Source: Candidatus Adlerbacteria bacterium RIFCSPHIGHO2_12_FULL_53_18 (lineage in GTDB: Bacteria > Patescibacteriota > Minisyncoccia > Phycocordibacterales > SBAW01). Taken from it: 64,000 nt of DNA. The position numbers and the translations under genes are program-made. Location: NCBI GenBank assembly GCA_001775475.1, contig MEWW01000010.1, forward strand, positions 5,143-69,142, read 5' to 3'. Below are positions 1 to 9,212 of the stretch, one piece after another; position 1 is the stretch's first letter, and every line of letters begins with the position of its first letter. The notes beneath the pieces are model-generated. The model saw nothing but the letters and a program-made list of their open reading frames with translations. It ran no database searches and was not told the DNA's origin.

Positions 1-584
1 TCGTCGTCGGTGTCGTAGAGCGGCGAGAGTTTAACTATGGCGCGCTTCAAGGCAGGGCCTTCTTTGAGCAGATAGTAGAGGGCTATAAAAAAGATAAATA
101 GATTCAGCAAAAAACCGGTAGCGCTAGAAAGGAGGCCGCCCAAGTGGCCGATGATGACCTGGAGCGCAGCCCTCGCGTAGGTGTCGAGCTCGGCAATAAT
201 GCTTTCGGCGTTGAGAGTAATCCCCGGTACAAACTGCGAAACTGCCGCCACCCCCTGCTCTAGCAGGCTCTGCGTCACGGCAAATCCTTCGCCGCCCGTG
301 AGTGTAGCGTACAAGTCGCGCGCCTCTACGACTATTTGCGTGGTTACCAGCCCCAGGGGCACCAAGATGCACACGAGTGCAACAAGAAGCGTTGCCAAGC
401 CCGCGAGCGCATGGCTGCGCCCGACGTAGAGAAAAATGTTGTTGAAGATCGGCCGCAAGACAACAGCAAAAATCGCCGCAAGTGCCAAAGGAGCCAAGAA
501 TGGCTGTAAGACCAGCACAACGAGAGCAAGGGCTCCAAGCAATATCGCAAGCAAAAAGTAAGGACGGAGCGTATCCAGACGCAT
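1..584 (-). CDS. AI-2E family transporter (3' end runs off window)
   Basis: Manual translation MRLDTLRPYFLLAILLGALALVVLVLQPFLAPLALAAIFAVVLRP...YYLLKEGPALKRAIVKLSPL; typical AI-2E/PerM pattern; absent from ORF track because truncated. Confidence 0.85.
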   Translation of the reverse strand, partial: MRLDTLRPYFLLAILLGALALVVLVLQPFLAPLALAAIFAVVLRPIFNNIFLYVGRSHALAGLATLLVALVCILVPLGLVTTQIVVEARDLYATLTGGEGFAVTQSLLEQGVAAVSQFVPGITLNAESIIAELDTYARAALQVIIGHLGGLLSSATGFLLNLFIFFIALYYLLKEGPALKRAIVKLSPLYDTDD

Positions 585-626
585 ACGGCTTTACTGTATC
601 ACGACTATTAGGTAAGGTTTATAGAC

Positions 627-1511
627 GTGAAGCATGCAAAAATCGTTGCAGTGGTACTCGTGCCGGCAAGTTTCTTCTTTGCCGCCTATCATGCATGGGG
701 ATTTTTTATCGCAGCCTCGCAGCCGCTTGTCGTTGAGCCGGTATATGCCGAACAACTAGCTGCATCCGCGACAGCAGAGCCGGAATTTGTTGACACGACC
801 AACCCCAACGATCTTCTTCCCGACCTCCTGCCTCTGCCGCCACGCGATTTAAAGGTAGAGAAAATTGGGAACCAAGTTCTGCTCTACTTCAGCACAACCT
901 ACTACAACCAGGGGCGGGGCACCTTGGAGCTGCGTGCAGACCCTGCGACTGCCGGCCTTCGCGAGACAATAGAGCGCAATGTGTTGCAGCGCGTGTATCA
1001 AGCTGACGGTGCACATCGAGACAAACCGGTAGGCACATTTTTGTGGCACCAGGAACATCTGCACTACCACTACACTGACTTTATTACGTATGACCTTGAG
1101 CCCGTTGGTGCCCCAAAAAACGAGGAGCTTTCCGGCAACTTGGTCAAATCGACCTTTTGCCTGCGCGATGTATCACGAGTGTTTCTTGATCTCGCAAGCT
1201 CTTCTCCTGAAGCGACTTATAAGATCTGCGGCAAGGAGTTGCAAGGGGTTTCTGTCGGCTGGGGCGACACCTACTACTGGAACTACCCTGACCAAGCACT
1301 CGATATCACGGGCCTGGAGTCCGGCACCTACCGTCTAACTTTTGTCGCTAACCCCGAAAAGCGGCTCGAAGAAATACGCTACGACAACAACATCTCAAGT
1401 GCACTCTTCCGCCTCAACATGGATACCGCTACGGTTGATGTGCTTGAAGAGAATCCTAAGGAAACTCCGGAGGTCGAGCATATACATCTAGATTCGCCCT
1501 TTGGTATGTAA
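627..1511 (+). CDS. Lysyl oxidase-family protein with N-terminal membrane anchor
   Basis: WHQEHLHYH Cu-binding motif, KSTFCLRD, GWGDTY, LDITGL..GTY...ANP...E..YDNN align with the LOX catalytic domain. Confidence 0.85.
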   Translation: MKHAKIVAVVLVPASFFFAAYHAWGFFIAASQPLVVEPVYAEQLAASATAEPEFVDTTNPNDLLPDLLPLPPRDLKVEKIGNQVLLYFSTTYYNQGRGTLELRADPATAGLRETIERNVLQRVYQADGAHRDKPVGTFLWHQEHLHYHYTDFITYDLEPVGAPKNEELSGNLVKSTFCLRDVSRVFLDLASSSPEATYKICGKELQGVSVGWGDTYYWNYPDQALDITGLESGTYRLTFVANPEKRLEEIRYDNNISSALFRLNMDTATVDVLEENPKETPEVEHIHLDSPFGM

Positions 1512-1516
1512 TAAAT

Positions 1517-2659
1517 ATGAAATATTTTGCCTGGTCGCTCACTATTGTTGCACTGCTTGGAGTTCTGCTTCTTGTGGTCATCCCCGTGCCGCAGGAGCCA
1601 GCAGAACAGCACGTGGCAACAACAACACCAGCAACGAGCAACACTGCGGAGCCGCAGCTCTACACGGTAGTGGCTGAGGGCCTAGAAATTCCTTGGGACA
1701 TCGCATTTCTCCCGAACGGCTCACTGCTTGTCACAGAGCGCACGGGCCATGTAATTGAAATTCTGCAGGATGGCACCAGGCGCGAAATACCTGTACCCGG
1801 GGTTCGCCAAAGCGGCCTGCCTGCGCAGGCAGGCGAAGGTGGGCTTCTCGGTCTCACTCTGCACCCTGACTTTCAGGTCAATAACTACGTGTATCTCTAC
1901 ATGAGCGCTCCGGGAACTACGGAGCAGACGCAAAACCGCGTCGTGCGTTTTATCTACAAAAACGGTGTGCTGTCTGAAAACAGAGTAATTATCGAAAACA
2001 TCCCTGGGGCCATATATCACGACGGCGGCCGGATGGAGTTTGGACCGGACGACCGCCTTTATATAACGACCGGGGATGCAACGACTCCAGCAATAGCACA
2101 AAACCTACAGTCACTCGGCGGAAAGATACTGCGTTTGCACGACGACGGCGTAGTGCCGAGCGACAACCCCTTCGGTACTGCCGTATACTCCTATGGCCAT
2201 CGCAACCCGCAAGGCTTAGCATGGGATAGCGCCGGCCGGCTCTGGGAAACCGAGCACGGGCGCTCGGGTGTGCAGAGCGGTCTCGATGAAATCAATTTGA
2301 TAGAAAAAGGAAAGAACTACGGCTGGCCGGAGAACGAGGGCGACAAAGTTGCCATAGGTACCATGGCGCCAGTGCGTCACTCGGGTGCAAGCGACACCTG
2401 GGCACCTGCGAGTCTCGCCTACTTAAACGGCAAACTCTTTTTTGGCGGGTTGCGCGGCGAAGCGCTCTACGAAGCAGTACTTGATGGCACCCGCGTTGCA
2501 GAACTTAAAGAGCATTTTAAAGGCCAATTTGGCCGCATCCGCACGGTGCGCGTTGGCCCTGACGGCATGCTCTACCTCACCACAAGCAACACTGACGGCC
2601 GTGGCTCCCCTGCCGCAGGCGACGACAAAATAATCCGAGTCAATCCGGAACTGCTGTAA
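1517..2659 (+). CDS. PQQ-dependent sugar (glucose/sorbosone) dehydrogenase
   Basis: PWDIAFLP, GEGGLLG, HDGGRMEFGPD, YGHRNPQG, NYGWP, GRIR motifs; N-terminal TM. Confidence 0.92.
   Translation: MKYFAWSLTIVALLGVLLLVVIPVPQEPAEQHVATTTPATSNTAEPQLYTVVAEGLEIPWDIAFLPNGSLLVTERTGHVIEILQDGTRREIPVPGVRQSGLPAQAGEGGLLGLTLHPDFQVNNYVYLYMSAPGTTEQTQNRVVRFIYKNGVLSENRVIIENIPGAIYHDGGRMEFGPDDRLYITTGDATTPAIAQNLQSLGGKILRLHDDGVVPSDNPFGTAVYSYGHRNPQGLAWDSAGRLWETEHGRSGVQSGLDEINLIEKGKNYGWPENEGDKVAIGTMAPVRHSGASDTWAPASLAYLNGKLFFGGLRGEALYEAVLDGTRVAELKEHFKGQFGRIRTVRVGPDGMLYLTTSNTDGRGSPAAGDDKIIRVNPELL
1815..1834. repeat. Perfect 20-bp palindrome GCCTGCCTGCGCAGGCAGGC, in frame (LPAQAG)
   Basis: Self reverse-complement; same 18-bp core at 28407-28424. 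Confidence 0.9.
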
Positions 2660-2743
2660 CTTTGACTAAACCGTGCCCCCAAGATAGCTTGGGGCGTAGA
2701 GTTCTGTACTACATATCCATCCACTCCAACAAGCGAGGTTGCT

Positions 2744-3889
2744 ATGCATAAATGGATGAACGTGGCGGTCGTTGGTAACGGTAACCGCGAGAAAGCGATG
2801 AAATCAGTCATCGAGCCCAGCGCGGGGAGTTCTCGAGTGAACTCCTGCGTTCTGGTCCCTTGGACAACTATAGATGAAGTGGTTGCCCAGGTTCTGGACA
2901 CAGCAGACCTTGTCACTATCGGCCCCGAAGCCCCGCTTGTTGCAGGGCTTGCCGACAAGTTGCATTCGCTCGGTATACCGACGGTTGGTCCGACTGCGGC
3001 GGCGGCAAAGCTCGAAGGTAGCAAAGTCTTCGGGCGCAAGATCTGCAAGGAAGCCATAGTTCGCACGCCGAGATACTGGCGAATTGATTCGGAACGCGAC
3101 GCTGAGGCTTTGCTTGCCAACTGGGAGGGACCTATCGTCGTCAAATGGGACGGGCTCTGGGGCGGTAAGGGCGTAACCATACATCATTCTGCGAGAGAAG
3201 CTCTCGCAAAGGTAAGCGAGGGCTTGCCTCACGGCCCTGTGCTAATCGAGGAATTCCTGGTCGGACAAGAGATATCTGTCTTCTTCGCCTGCGACGGCGT
3301 CAACGGCAGGTTCGTGGGCGATGCCTGCGACAAGAAGAAGCTTCTGGAGAATGACGAGGGCCCGAACACTGGCGGTATGGGGGCATGGTCCCCCTCTTCC
3401 TATCTCACTTCTCATTTGCTGGAGGAAATCCAGGGCGACATTGTCGAGCCGGTGTTGCAGGTCATGAAGCAAAGAGGAGTCCCATATCATGGGATTCTCT
3501 ACCTCGGATTGATGCTGGTGAATGTGGGTGGAACCATTCTCATCTACCTGATCGAGTTCAACTGCAGGTGGGGCGATCCGGAAGCGCAAGTCATCTTGCC
3601 CCGGCTCAAGACAAACTTCGTGAACATCTTGACCGCCACTCTCGAAACAGGCGGGCTTGAAAGTCTTCCTCCGATCGAGTTCTACTCGACAAAACTCGTG
3701 GGGGTTACCATTGCCGGGAAAGACTATCCGAAGAAAGGCAGCCGACTCCGGACAGTCGTTGGGTCTGGCAAGACTTACCGCGCGGCTCACCTCGATGCCT
3801 ACGGACAAATCGAGGAGATGAAAGATAGCGGTGTTTTGGTGGTGCAGGACATCCAATACCGCACCGACATCGGCGTCGGTATCGTCTAG
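2744..3889 (+). CDS. purD: Phosphoribosylamine-glycine ligase (divergent, shortened)
   Basis: IGPEAPLVAGLAD, LEGSK, GGKGV, GPNTGGMGAWSP, EFNCRWGDPEAQ, YRTDIG. Confidence 0.9.
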   Translation: MHKWMNVAVVGNGNREKAMKSVIEPSAGSSRVNSCVLVPWTTIDEVVAQVLDTADLVTIGPEAPLVAGLADKLHSLGIPTVGPTAAAAKLEGSKVFGRKICKEAIVRTPRYWRIDSERDAEALLANWEGPIVVKWDGLWGGKGVTIHHSAREALAKVSEGLPHGPVLIEEFLVGQEISVFFACDGVNGRFVGDACDKKKLLENDEGPNTGGMGAWSPSSYLTSHLLEEIQGDIVEPVLQVMKQRGVPYHGILYLGLMLVNVGGTILIYLIEFNCRWGDPEAQVILPRLKTNFVNILTATLETGGLESLPPIEFYSTKLVGVTIAGKDYPKKGSRLRTVVGSGKTYRAAHLDAYGQIEEMKDSGVLVVQDIQYRTDIGVGIV

Positions 3890-3910
3890 CGATCTGCAAT
3901 AAAGAGAACA

Positions 3911-3947
3911 GCCCCGGCGGTCTGCACCGCCGGGGCTTTTGTTTTTT
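3911..3947 (+). terminator. Intrinsic terminator after purD
   Basis: GCCCCGGCGGT-CTGC-ACCGCCGGGGC followed by a T-run. Confidence 0.85.
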
Positions 3948-4113
3948 ACTTCTGCATGCAGCGCACGCAGATGGTCTGGCGGGGGCGGGTCTTTAGATAC
4001 CTATTGCCGCAGGCACACACATAAATCTGGGATACCGTTTTTTTAGGCGTCCAGAGGCCGTAGGAGTGTACGGGCTTGTCGTGCTTAATGTCTTTAGGGT
4101 CCCGTTTTTGCAT
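3946..4113 (-). CDS. Small 55-aa putative zinc-ribbon protein
   Basis: MQKRDPKDIKHDKPVHSYGLWTPKKTVSQIYVCACGNRYLKTRPRQTICVRCMQK; CxC...CxxC; below ORF-track cutoff. Confidence 0.65.
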   Translation of the reverse strand: MQKRDPKDIKHDKPVHSYGLWTPKKTVSQIYVCACGNRYLKTRPRQTICVRCMQK

Positions 4114-4258
4114 GAAAATAACCCTCTTCTAAGAGGGCTTGGCACGCGGGTAACTATATAGTAGTTAATAGGCTTTGTCAATTATCGCCATTAGTGTACT
4201 CTGTAGATGTTTGGCAAGTAATTGCCGGCTCCACTAGTGGCGTGGCGCCAGCATACTT

Positions 4259-4329
4259 TGCCGGCTCGTCTAATGGTAGGACAGCGGCCTTTGAAGCCGT
4301 TAATTGGGGTTCGAATCCCTGGCCGGCAG
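4259..4329 (+). tRNA. tRNA-Gln(TTG)
   Basis: Cloverleaf, anticodon arm GCGGC-CTTTGAA-GCCGT, T-loop GTTCGAATC. Confidence 0.95.
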
Positions 4330-4500
4330 CTAGTGAAATTTTATATGCCATTCGGCATAGAAAATTTTGCTTACTGTGTTGTCAGGGATTCGAACCAAGG
4401 AGGGGGTCGGGGAACGGGAGTTCCCCGTGGCGGAAGTAATTCGAAACCGAGGGTTTCGAAAGAACCGAAGGTTCAGGAGTGAGATTCCCTGGCCGGCAGC
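4330..4500 (+). repeat. tRNA-linked mini-element: inverted T-arm copy, hairpins, direct copy of tRNA 3' end
   Basis: CAGGGATTCGAACC 4383-4396 is the reverse complement of 4308-4321; TCCCTGGCCGGCAGC at 4316-4330 and 4486-4500. Confidence 0.8.
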
Positions 4501-4591
4501 AAAAAGCTTATACACACCCCTGCTTTTGAGCATCCGTGGAGTGTTACAATTACTGTAGTATCAATAATCGTCGATTAATAACTATTTAGTT

Positions 4592-4984
4592 ATGGACAGC
4601 ACCACCATGTTCCTCGCCCAGACGCTTGGGCTTTATTTTGTTATCCTGGGCGCGCTTGTGCTCATTCGCCAGTCGTCGATGCTGCGCGTGTTTTCGGGGC
4701 TTACTAAGAGCCCGTTGGCGCTCTATATGATTGCCCTTCTTGAGCTTATTGCCGGTCTTATGCTCACAGTTGCCTACCCCACTGTCGGCACCGATGTTGC
4801 GGGCATCCTTTCAATAATCGGCTACATGCTCATCGTTGAAGGCATCTTCTACCTAGGTGTGCCCCTCGGCGTCTCACGCAAGTTCATTAACAAGTTCAAC
4901 ACAAGTTCGTGGTACGTGGCAGGCGGCGTTGCGGCAATCGCGCTCGGCTCCTATCTCGCGGGCCTGGGCTTTGGATACCTTTAG
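4592..4984 (+). CDS. Hypothetical 4-TM membrane protein
   Basis: 130 aa, four hydrophobic segments. Confidence 0.75.
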   Translation: MDSTTMFLAQTLGLYFVILGALVLIRQSSMLRVFSGLTKSPLALYMIALLELIAGLMLTVAYPTVGTDVAGILSIIGYMLIVEGIFYLGVPLGVSRKFINKFNTSSWYVAGGVAAIALGSYLAGLGFGYL

Positions 4985-6033
4985 GAGTTTAACCGGTACA
5001 ACGCAAGTTCAAGAGGAATAGCCGGGTAAGGAGCCCGGCTGGTTTCTATATAGGCGGTCAGGAGCTCCGCAAGCACGGAGGAGTTTATCGCCGCTCCTTT
5101 AGCACCCGCGAGTTCTTTAAGTATCGCTAGATCATCGCCGCCAAATTGCTCAGCCAACTCCTTTTCAAGCTTGGGTGCATAGCGCATCAGGAGCACTCCT
5201 CTTACTTTAGTTATCGCCAAGAGCAAAAAAACGCGCGGCTCCGACCCGTTAGTAACCGCCTCGTGAAAGGCGGCGATAGCCTCTTCGGTATTTTTGTCCG
5301 CAAGCGCATGCAAGAAGTCGTGTACGGTTTTCGAAGAGGGAGCGCCAACCACCTTCCCTACCTCAGCCTCGGTAAGTTTTTTGTCGCGCGACACAGTAAG
5401 CACTTTCTGAAGTATGGAGAGTGTATCTCGAAAGGACCCTTCGCCCATTAAGGCAATAAGCTCCGCACCCGTGGGCTCGAGTGAAGCTCTCTCTTTTTTT
5501 GCAACATCCTGAACAAGTTTTTTAAGCACTTCATGCGACGGTTTTTTAAACTGAAATACCTGGCAGCGGGAAATAATGGTCTCCGGTACGCGGTCGAGCT
5601 CAGTCGTTGCAAGCACAAAAATTACATGCGCGGGCGGCTCTTCCAGAGTCTTTAGAAGCGCCCCCCAAGCGTCGCGGGTCAGGGCGTGTGCTTCGTCTAT
5701 GATGTAAAACTTGTAGCGAGAGTTAAACGGCAAAGTGGCAACACCTTCCCGCAGCTCGCGGATTTCGTCTATGCCGCGGTTGCTTGCGGCATCCATTTCA
5801 TAAATATCTTCTTCTGCGGTGCCAACTGCGGCCGCAAGCAGGCGTGCCATGCTAGTTTTACCGGTTCCCCGGCCGCCCGCAAAAAGATAGGCGTGTGCAA
5901 TTTCGTCTTTTTTTACCGCAGCCTCTAAGACTGATACTACTTGCTCCTGTCCCCGCACCTCTTCAAACGTCGACGGCCTATAGGTGCGGTATAAGGCCAT
6001 AGGATTGCGCCCACTCTCTGCCTTTTTTGCCAT
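4981..6033 (-). CDS. dnaX: DNA polymerase III subunit gamma/tau
   Basis: ALYRTYRP, HAYLFAGGRGTGKTS, DAASNRGID, IIDEAH, LLKTLEEPP. Confidence 0.97.
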   Translation of the reverse strand: MAKKAESGRNPMALYRTYRPSTFEEVRGQEQVVSVLEAAVKKDEIAHAYLFAGGRGTGKTSMARLLAAAVGTAEEDIYEMDAASNRGIDEIRELREGVATLPFNSRYKFYIIDEAHALTRDAWGALLKTLEEPPAHVIFVLATTELDRVPETIISRCQVFQFKKPSHEVLKKLVQDVAKKERASLEPTGAELIALMGEGSFRDTLSILQKVLTVSRDKKLTEAEVGKVVGAPSSKTVHDFLHALADKNTEEAIAAFHEAVTNGSEPRVFLLLAITKVRGVLLMRYAPKLEKELAEQFGGDDLAILKELAGAKGAAINSSVLAELLTAYIETSRAPYPAIPLELALYRLNS

Positions 6034-6053
6034 GGGGTAAGTATACCGTTACG

Positions 6054-7025
6054 CTACGATTTCAGGAATTCCTCAACAAGCCCTTCAACCTCCGCAGCAT
6101 TCTCCGCCTCCATCAGCTTTACCCGCAGCTCTTTAGCGCCCGGGAAGCCTTCGACGTACGCTTTAAAATGCTTTTTCATAATCGCAAAGTTCTTAATATC
6201 GCCCAGCAATTCTTCAAACAATTTAGTATGCTCTACCAGAATTCGAAGTTTGGTTAGTATATTCTCATATTCTTGAGAATTTGAGAATAACCAAGGTCTA
6301 CCGAAGATCGCGCGTCCAAGCATAACTCCGTCGGCATCGCTCTCTTCTGCTTTTTGCCTCGCATCTGTTAAATCTTTTACGTCACCATTGCCGACTATAA
6401 GCGTTTTACTCCCTTTTTCATTGCGAATCTCAACCGCACGTTTAACCCTGTCCCAATGAGCGTCCACTTTTGACATCTCTTTACGCGTGCGGGCGTGGAG
6501 CACAACGGCGGCAGGCTCGGCCTCAAGCAGCACCGGGAGCAACTCTTCTAAAACATCTTTATTGTAGCCAAGCCGCGTTTTAACTGAAACCGGAAGCCCT
6601 GGCGCGCCGCACTTCGCCGCCGCGATAAGCTCCCGCGCGAGCTTGGGGTTTAAGGTCAATTTTGCGCCCGCCCCCTGTTTTTCTATCGTCCGGTCAGGAC
6701 AGCCCATATTGAGATCAACACCGTCAAACCCCAGCTTCGCGGCAAGCGCCGCCGCTTTTTCCATATGTTCAGGTATTGCAGTAAAAAACTGCGCCACTAT
6801 CGGTCGCTCCTCCTCGCTAAACACGAGGTCGCGCATGAGTTTTGCCCGCCCCTCTTCCGGCGCAAGTGCAAGGCCGTCGGCAGAAACAAATTCGGTATAT
6901 ATAACAGCAGGTCCCGCCGGTTTACTGTACTTTGCGATGACACGCCGAAAGGCCGCGTCGGTTACGTCCGCAAGCGGCGCCAATGCAAAAAACGGTTTCG
7001 GTAGAGTCTCCCAGAAGTTTTTCAT
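6054..7025 (-). CDS. dusB: tRNA-dihydrouridine synthase (DusB-like)
   Basis: LAPLADVTD, DLNMGCP, SVKTRLG, HARTR, GNGDV, DGVMLGRA. Confidence 0.92.
   Translation of the reverse strand: MKNFWETLPKPFFALAPLADVTDAAFRRVIAKYSKPAGPAVIYTEFVSADGLALAPEEGRAKLMRDLVFSEEERPIVAQFFTAIPEHMEKAAALAAKLGFDGVDLNMGCPDRTIEKQGAGAKLTLNPKLARELIAAAKCGAPGLPVSVKTRLGYNKDVLEELLPVLLEAEPAAVVLHARTRKEMSKVDAHWDRVKRAVEIRNEKGSKTLIVGNGDVKDLTDARQKAEESDADGVMLGRAIFGRPWLFSNSQEYENILTKLRILVEHTKLFEELLGDIKNFAIMKKHFKAYVEGFPGAKELRVKLMEAENAAEVEGLVEEFLKS
6260..6289. repeat. Near-perfect 30-bp palindrome within dusB
   Basis: TATTCTCATATTCTTGAGAATTTGAGAATA, 13/14 pairs; related to 54299-54332. Confidence 0.75.
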
Positions 7026-7028
7026 TTT

Positions 7029-7069
7029 AAGGTGTCACCTTAACACAAGGACTCTCAAGGTGACACCTT
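7029..7069. repeat. Intergenic REP-like doublet AAGGTGTCACCTT...AAGGTGACACCTT
   Basis: Two inverted 13-mers of form AAGG-N5-CCTT filling the ftsQ-dusB spacer. Confidence 0.8.
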
Positions 7070-7884
7070 TATTTTAATTTGTAGTACAGCCGGTCGCCAA
7101 ATCGGAGGTCGAGATATGCGAAGTCGCTTACCGGATGTTCTTTAAATGGCTGCGCTTGGAGCGCCAGCACAAAACGCTCGTACACGTCGCCTCCGCCGTC
7201 CTCCAAGACAAAAATAATTTCAAACCCGTGTGCAAAGTGCAGGCGTACGTCTCCTGCGTGGTCGACCTCAACCGACGCAACACGAGTTCCAAGCTCCGCT
7301 TCCAGCGCCGCGGCAAGTGCAGTGAGAGAGCGATATGGGTCTTCTGCAAGGTACTGTCGCGGTAGGACACCCCCTGCAAGAGAGCCGTAGTAAGTGGTAT
7401 ACGCCAAGCCTGCAGACTGGGCCGCCAGCTCGTACGCGACACCCTGCTCATCAAGCAAAAAACAGGGTGCGGGAGCGGCTCTCGCCTCTCCACACCACAG
7501 CGCCTCTGGTGTGCGTTTGGCCACAACCACGTGCAGGGTGCGCAGATTTTTTGCACGTACTTCTACCGTTGCAAAAATCGGATACTCCGCATGGAGATCC
7601 GAGACTATCTGTGAGCGCGGATATATAAGAACGTTATTGCGGGGAAAAACAAACACGTAGCGCCCTTCGAGATGCTCGCGTACGATCCTCTCGACCGCCT
7701 GCGCCTCGGTACCTTCCACTCCTTCTACGCTCACCTCCACAACCCGTAGATGCGGCAGATAGGTAAGGCCCACAACGCCGCCAGCAAAAAACGCAATAAG
7801 AGCAAACCACAGTATCGCTACAACAACTCGGCGTTTGCGGCGACGAGTCCTGAGCTTACTTTGCGGGAGGTCAAACCGAGCCAT
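7069..7884 (-). CDS. FtsQ/DivIB-like cell division protein
   Basis: Basic N-terminus, single TM, POTRA-like region, C-terminal YLDLRFGDRLYYK. Confidence 0.75.
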   Translation of the reverse strand: MARFDLPQSKLRTRRRKRRVVVAILWFALIAFFAGGVVGLTYLPHLRVVEVSVEGVEGTEAQAVERIVREHLEGRYVFVFPRNNVLIYPRSQIVSDLHAEYPIFATVEVRAKNLRTLHVVVAKRTPEALWCGEARAAPAPCFLLDEQGVAYELAAQSAGLAYTTYYGSLAGGVLPRQYLAEDPYRSLTALAAALEAELGTRVASVEVDHAGDVRLHFAHGFEIIFVLEDGGGDVYERFVLALQAQPFKEHPVSDFAYLDLRFGDRLYYKLK

Positions 7885-7891
7885 CCCGCCA

Positions 7892-9184
7892 TTATACCTG
7901 CACCTTTTCTATTTTTTCTTTGCCGCCCATAAATGGACGGAGTACTTCCGGCACAGTTATGGTGCCGTCTTCCTGCTGATAATTCTCCATAATCGCAATC
8001 AAGGTACGCCCCATCGCAAAAACGGTTGCATCATTCATATGCACGGGTTCTACCTCACCCCCAGCGCGCTTAAGGCGAGTGTTGAGCCGTCGTGCTTGAA
8101 AACCCCCTACATAATCGGCACTGTGCGTCTCTCGGTAAGTGTTTTGCCCGGGCATCCAGGTTTCGAGGTCAATCTGCCGCTGGTCGGGGAAGCCCATATC
8201 GCCAGTACAAATAAGTACCGTCTGGTGTGACAACGCTAGTTTGCGCATCAAATGTTCTTGTATTGCGATCATAAAGTCCTGCTCTGCCAAACCGTCTTCG
8301 GGCTTAACAAAGCTCTCCATCTCAAGCTTGTCAAACTGGTGGAGTCTCAAAATTCCTTTCGTATCTTTGCCATAGCTCCCCGCTTCGCGTCTGAATGAGG
8401 GAGAGTAGCCAGCGTAGCGTATTGGCAACTGCTCTTCCTTAAGCGTCTCGTCCATATGCAGGGGCCCTAGCGTGTGTTCTGCACTGCCGATGAGTACCAG
8501 GTCATCCTTTTCAAAATAAAATCGGTCGTCTATGGGGTCTAGCCGCGCCATGCGGTTCATCACCAGCGAGCGCATCATGACCGGCGGCACTACCGGCACA
8601 AAAGGTTTGGGGTTGACCGAGAGTCCTGCTTCTTTAGCGATAGTTTCCAGTTTTTCCCGCGAGGTAAGCACTGAAAGAGCCCACTGGAGTATTGCAAACT
8701 GTAAGAGCGCGAGGTCGCCTTTAAGGTAGGTAAAGCGCGCGCCCGACACTTCTGCCGCTTTTTCACTATCAATAACGCCAAGCGCGTGTCCAATATCCCA
8801 ATGCGCTTTCGGCTCAAAATTAAATTGTGGTTTCTCTCCCCACTGTCTGATTATCTTGTTTCCACTCTCATCGGGCCCCACGGGCGTGTCGGCTGAAGGA
8901 ATATTGGGGACCTTAATAAGGAGAGCGACCAGCTCACGCTCAAGCGTCTGATATTTTTCTTCCGCGCTTTTTAGCTCGTCTTTAAGCCGCTTTCCGGCCT
9001 CGGCGTCGCGTCTGTTGGCTGCCTCGTTGCGGCTTCGGTTGAGGTCTGAAATGTCACCCGCGAGTTTTTTACGCTTGTCAGCAAGTGCCAAAATTTTCTC
9101 AATATCAATTCCTTCGCGGTTTTTATTTTTTATCGCCGCTTTGACGAGCTCCTGATTCTCCCGGATAAAAGTGACATCAAGCAT
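7892..9184 (-). CDS. serS: Serine--tRNA ligase
   Basis: Start MLDVTFIREN; GSAEH, FRREAGSYGKDTKGILRLHQFDKLE. Confidence 0.97.
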   Translation of the reverse strand: MLDVTFIRENQELVKAAIKNKNREGIDIEKILALADKRKKLAGDISDLNRSRNEAANRRDAEAGKRLKDELKSAEEKYQTLERELVALLIKVPNIPSADTPVGPDESGNKIIRQWGEKPQFNFEPKAHWDIGHALGVIDSEKAAEVSGARFTYLKGDLALLQFAILQWALSVLTSREKLETIAKEAGLSVNPKPFVPVVPPVMMRSLVMNRMARLDPIDDRFYFEKDDLVLIGSAEHTLGPLHMDETLKEEQLPIRYAGYSPSFRREAGSYGKDTKGILRLHQFDKLEMESFVKPEDGLAEQDFMIAIQEHLMRKLALSHQTVLICTGDMGFPDQRQIDLETWMPGQNTYRETHSADYVGGFQARRLNTRLKRAGGEVEPVHMNDATVFAMGRTLIAIMENYQQEDGTITVPEVLRPFMGGKEKIEKVQV

Positions 9185-9212
9185 ATAAAATACGTGTAGA
9201 ATTAATCCTACA

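Noticed and set aside
2660-2743. Purine/ZTP/PRPP riboswitch upstream of purD (also checked upstream of purB)
   Set aside because: Only short hairpins over the promoter region, with no recognisable aptamer consensus.
4194-4558. Small ORFs over tRNA-Gln and its downstream element (likewise ORFs over other tRNA clusters)
   Set aside because: They are explained by the tRNA and hairpin sequence.
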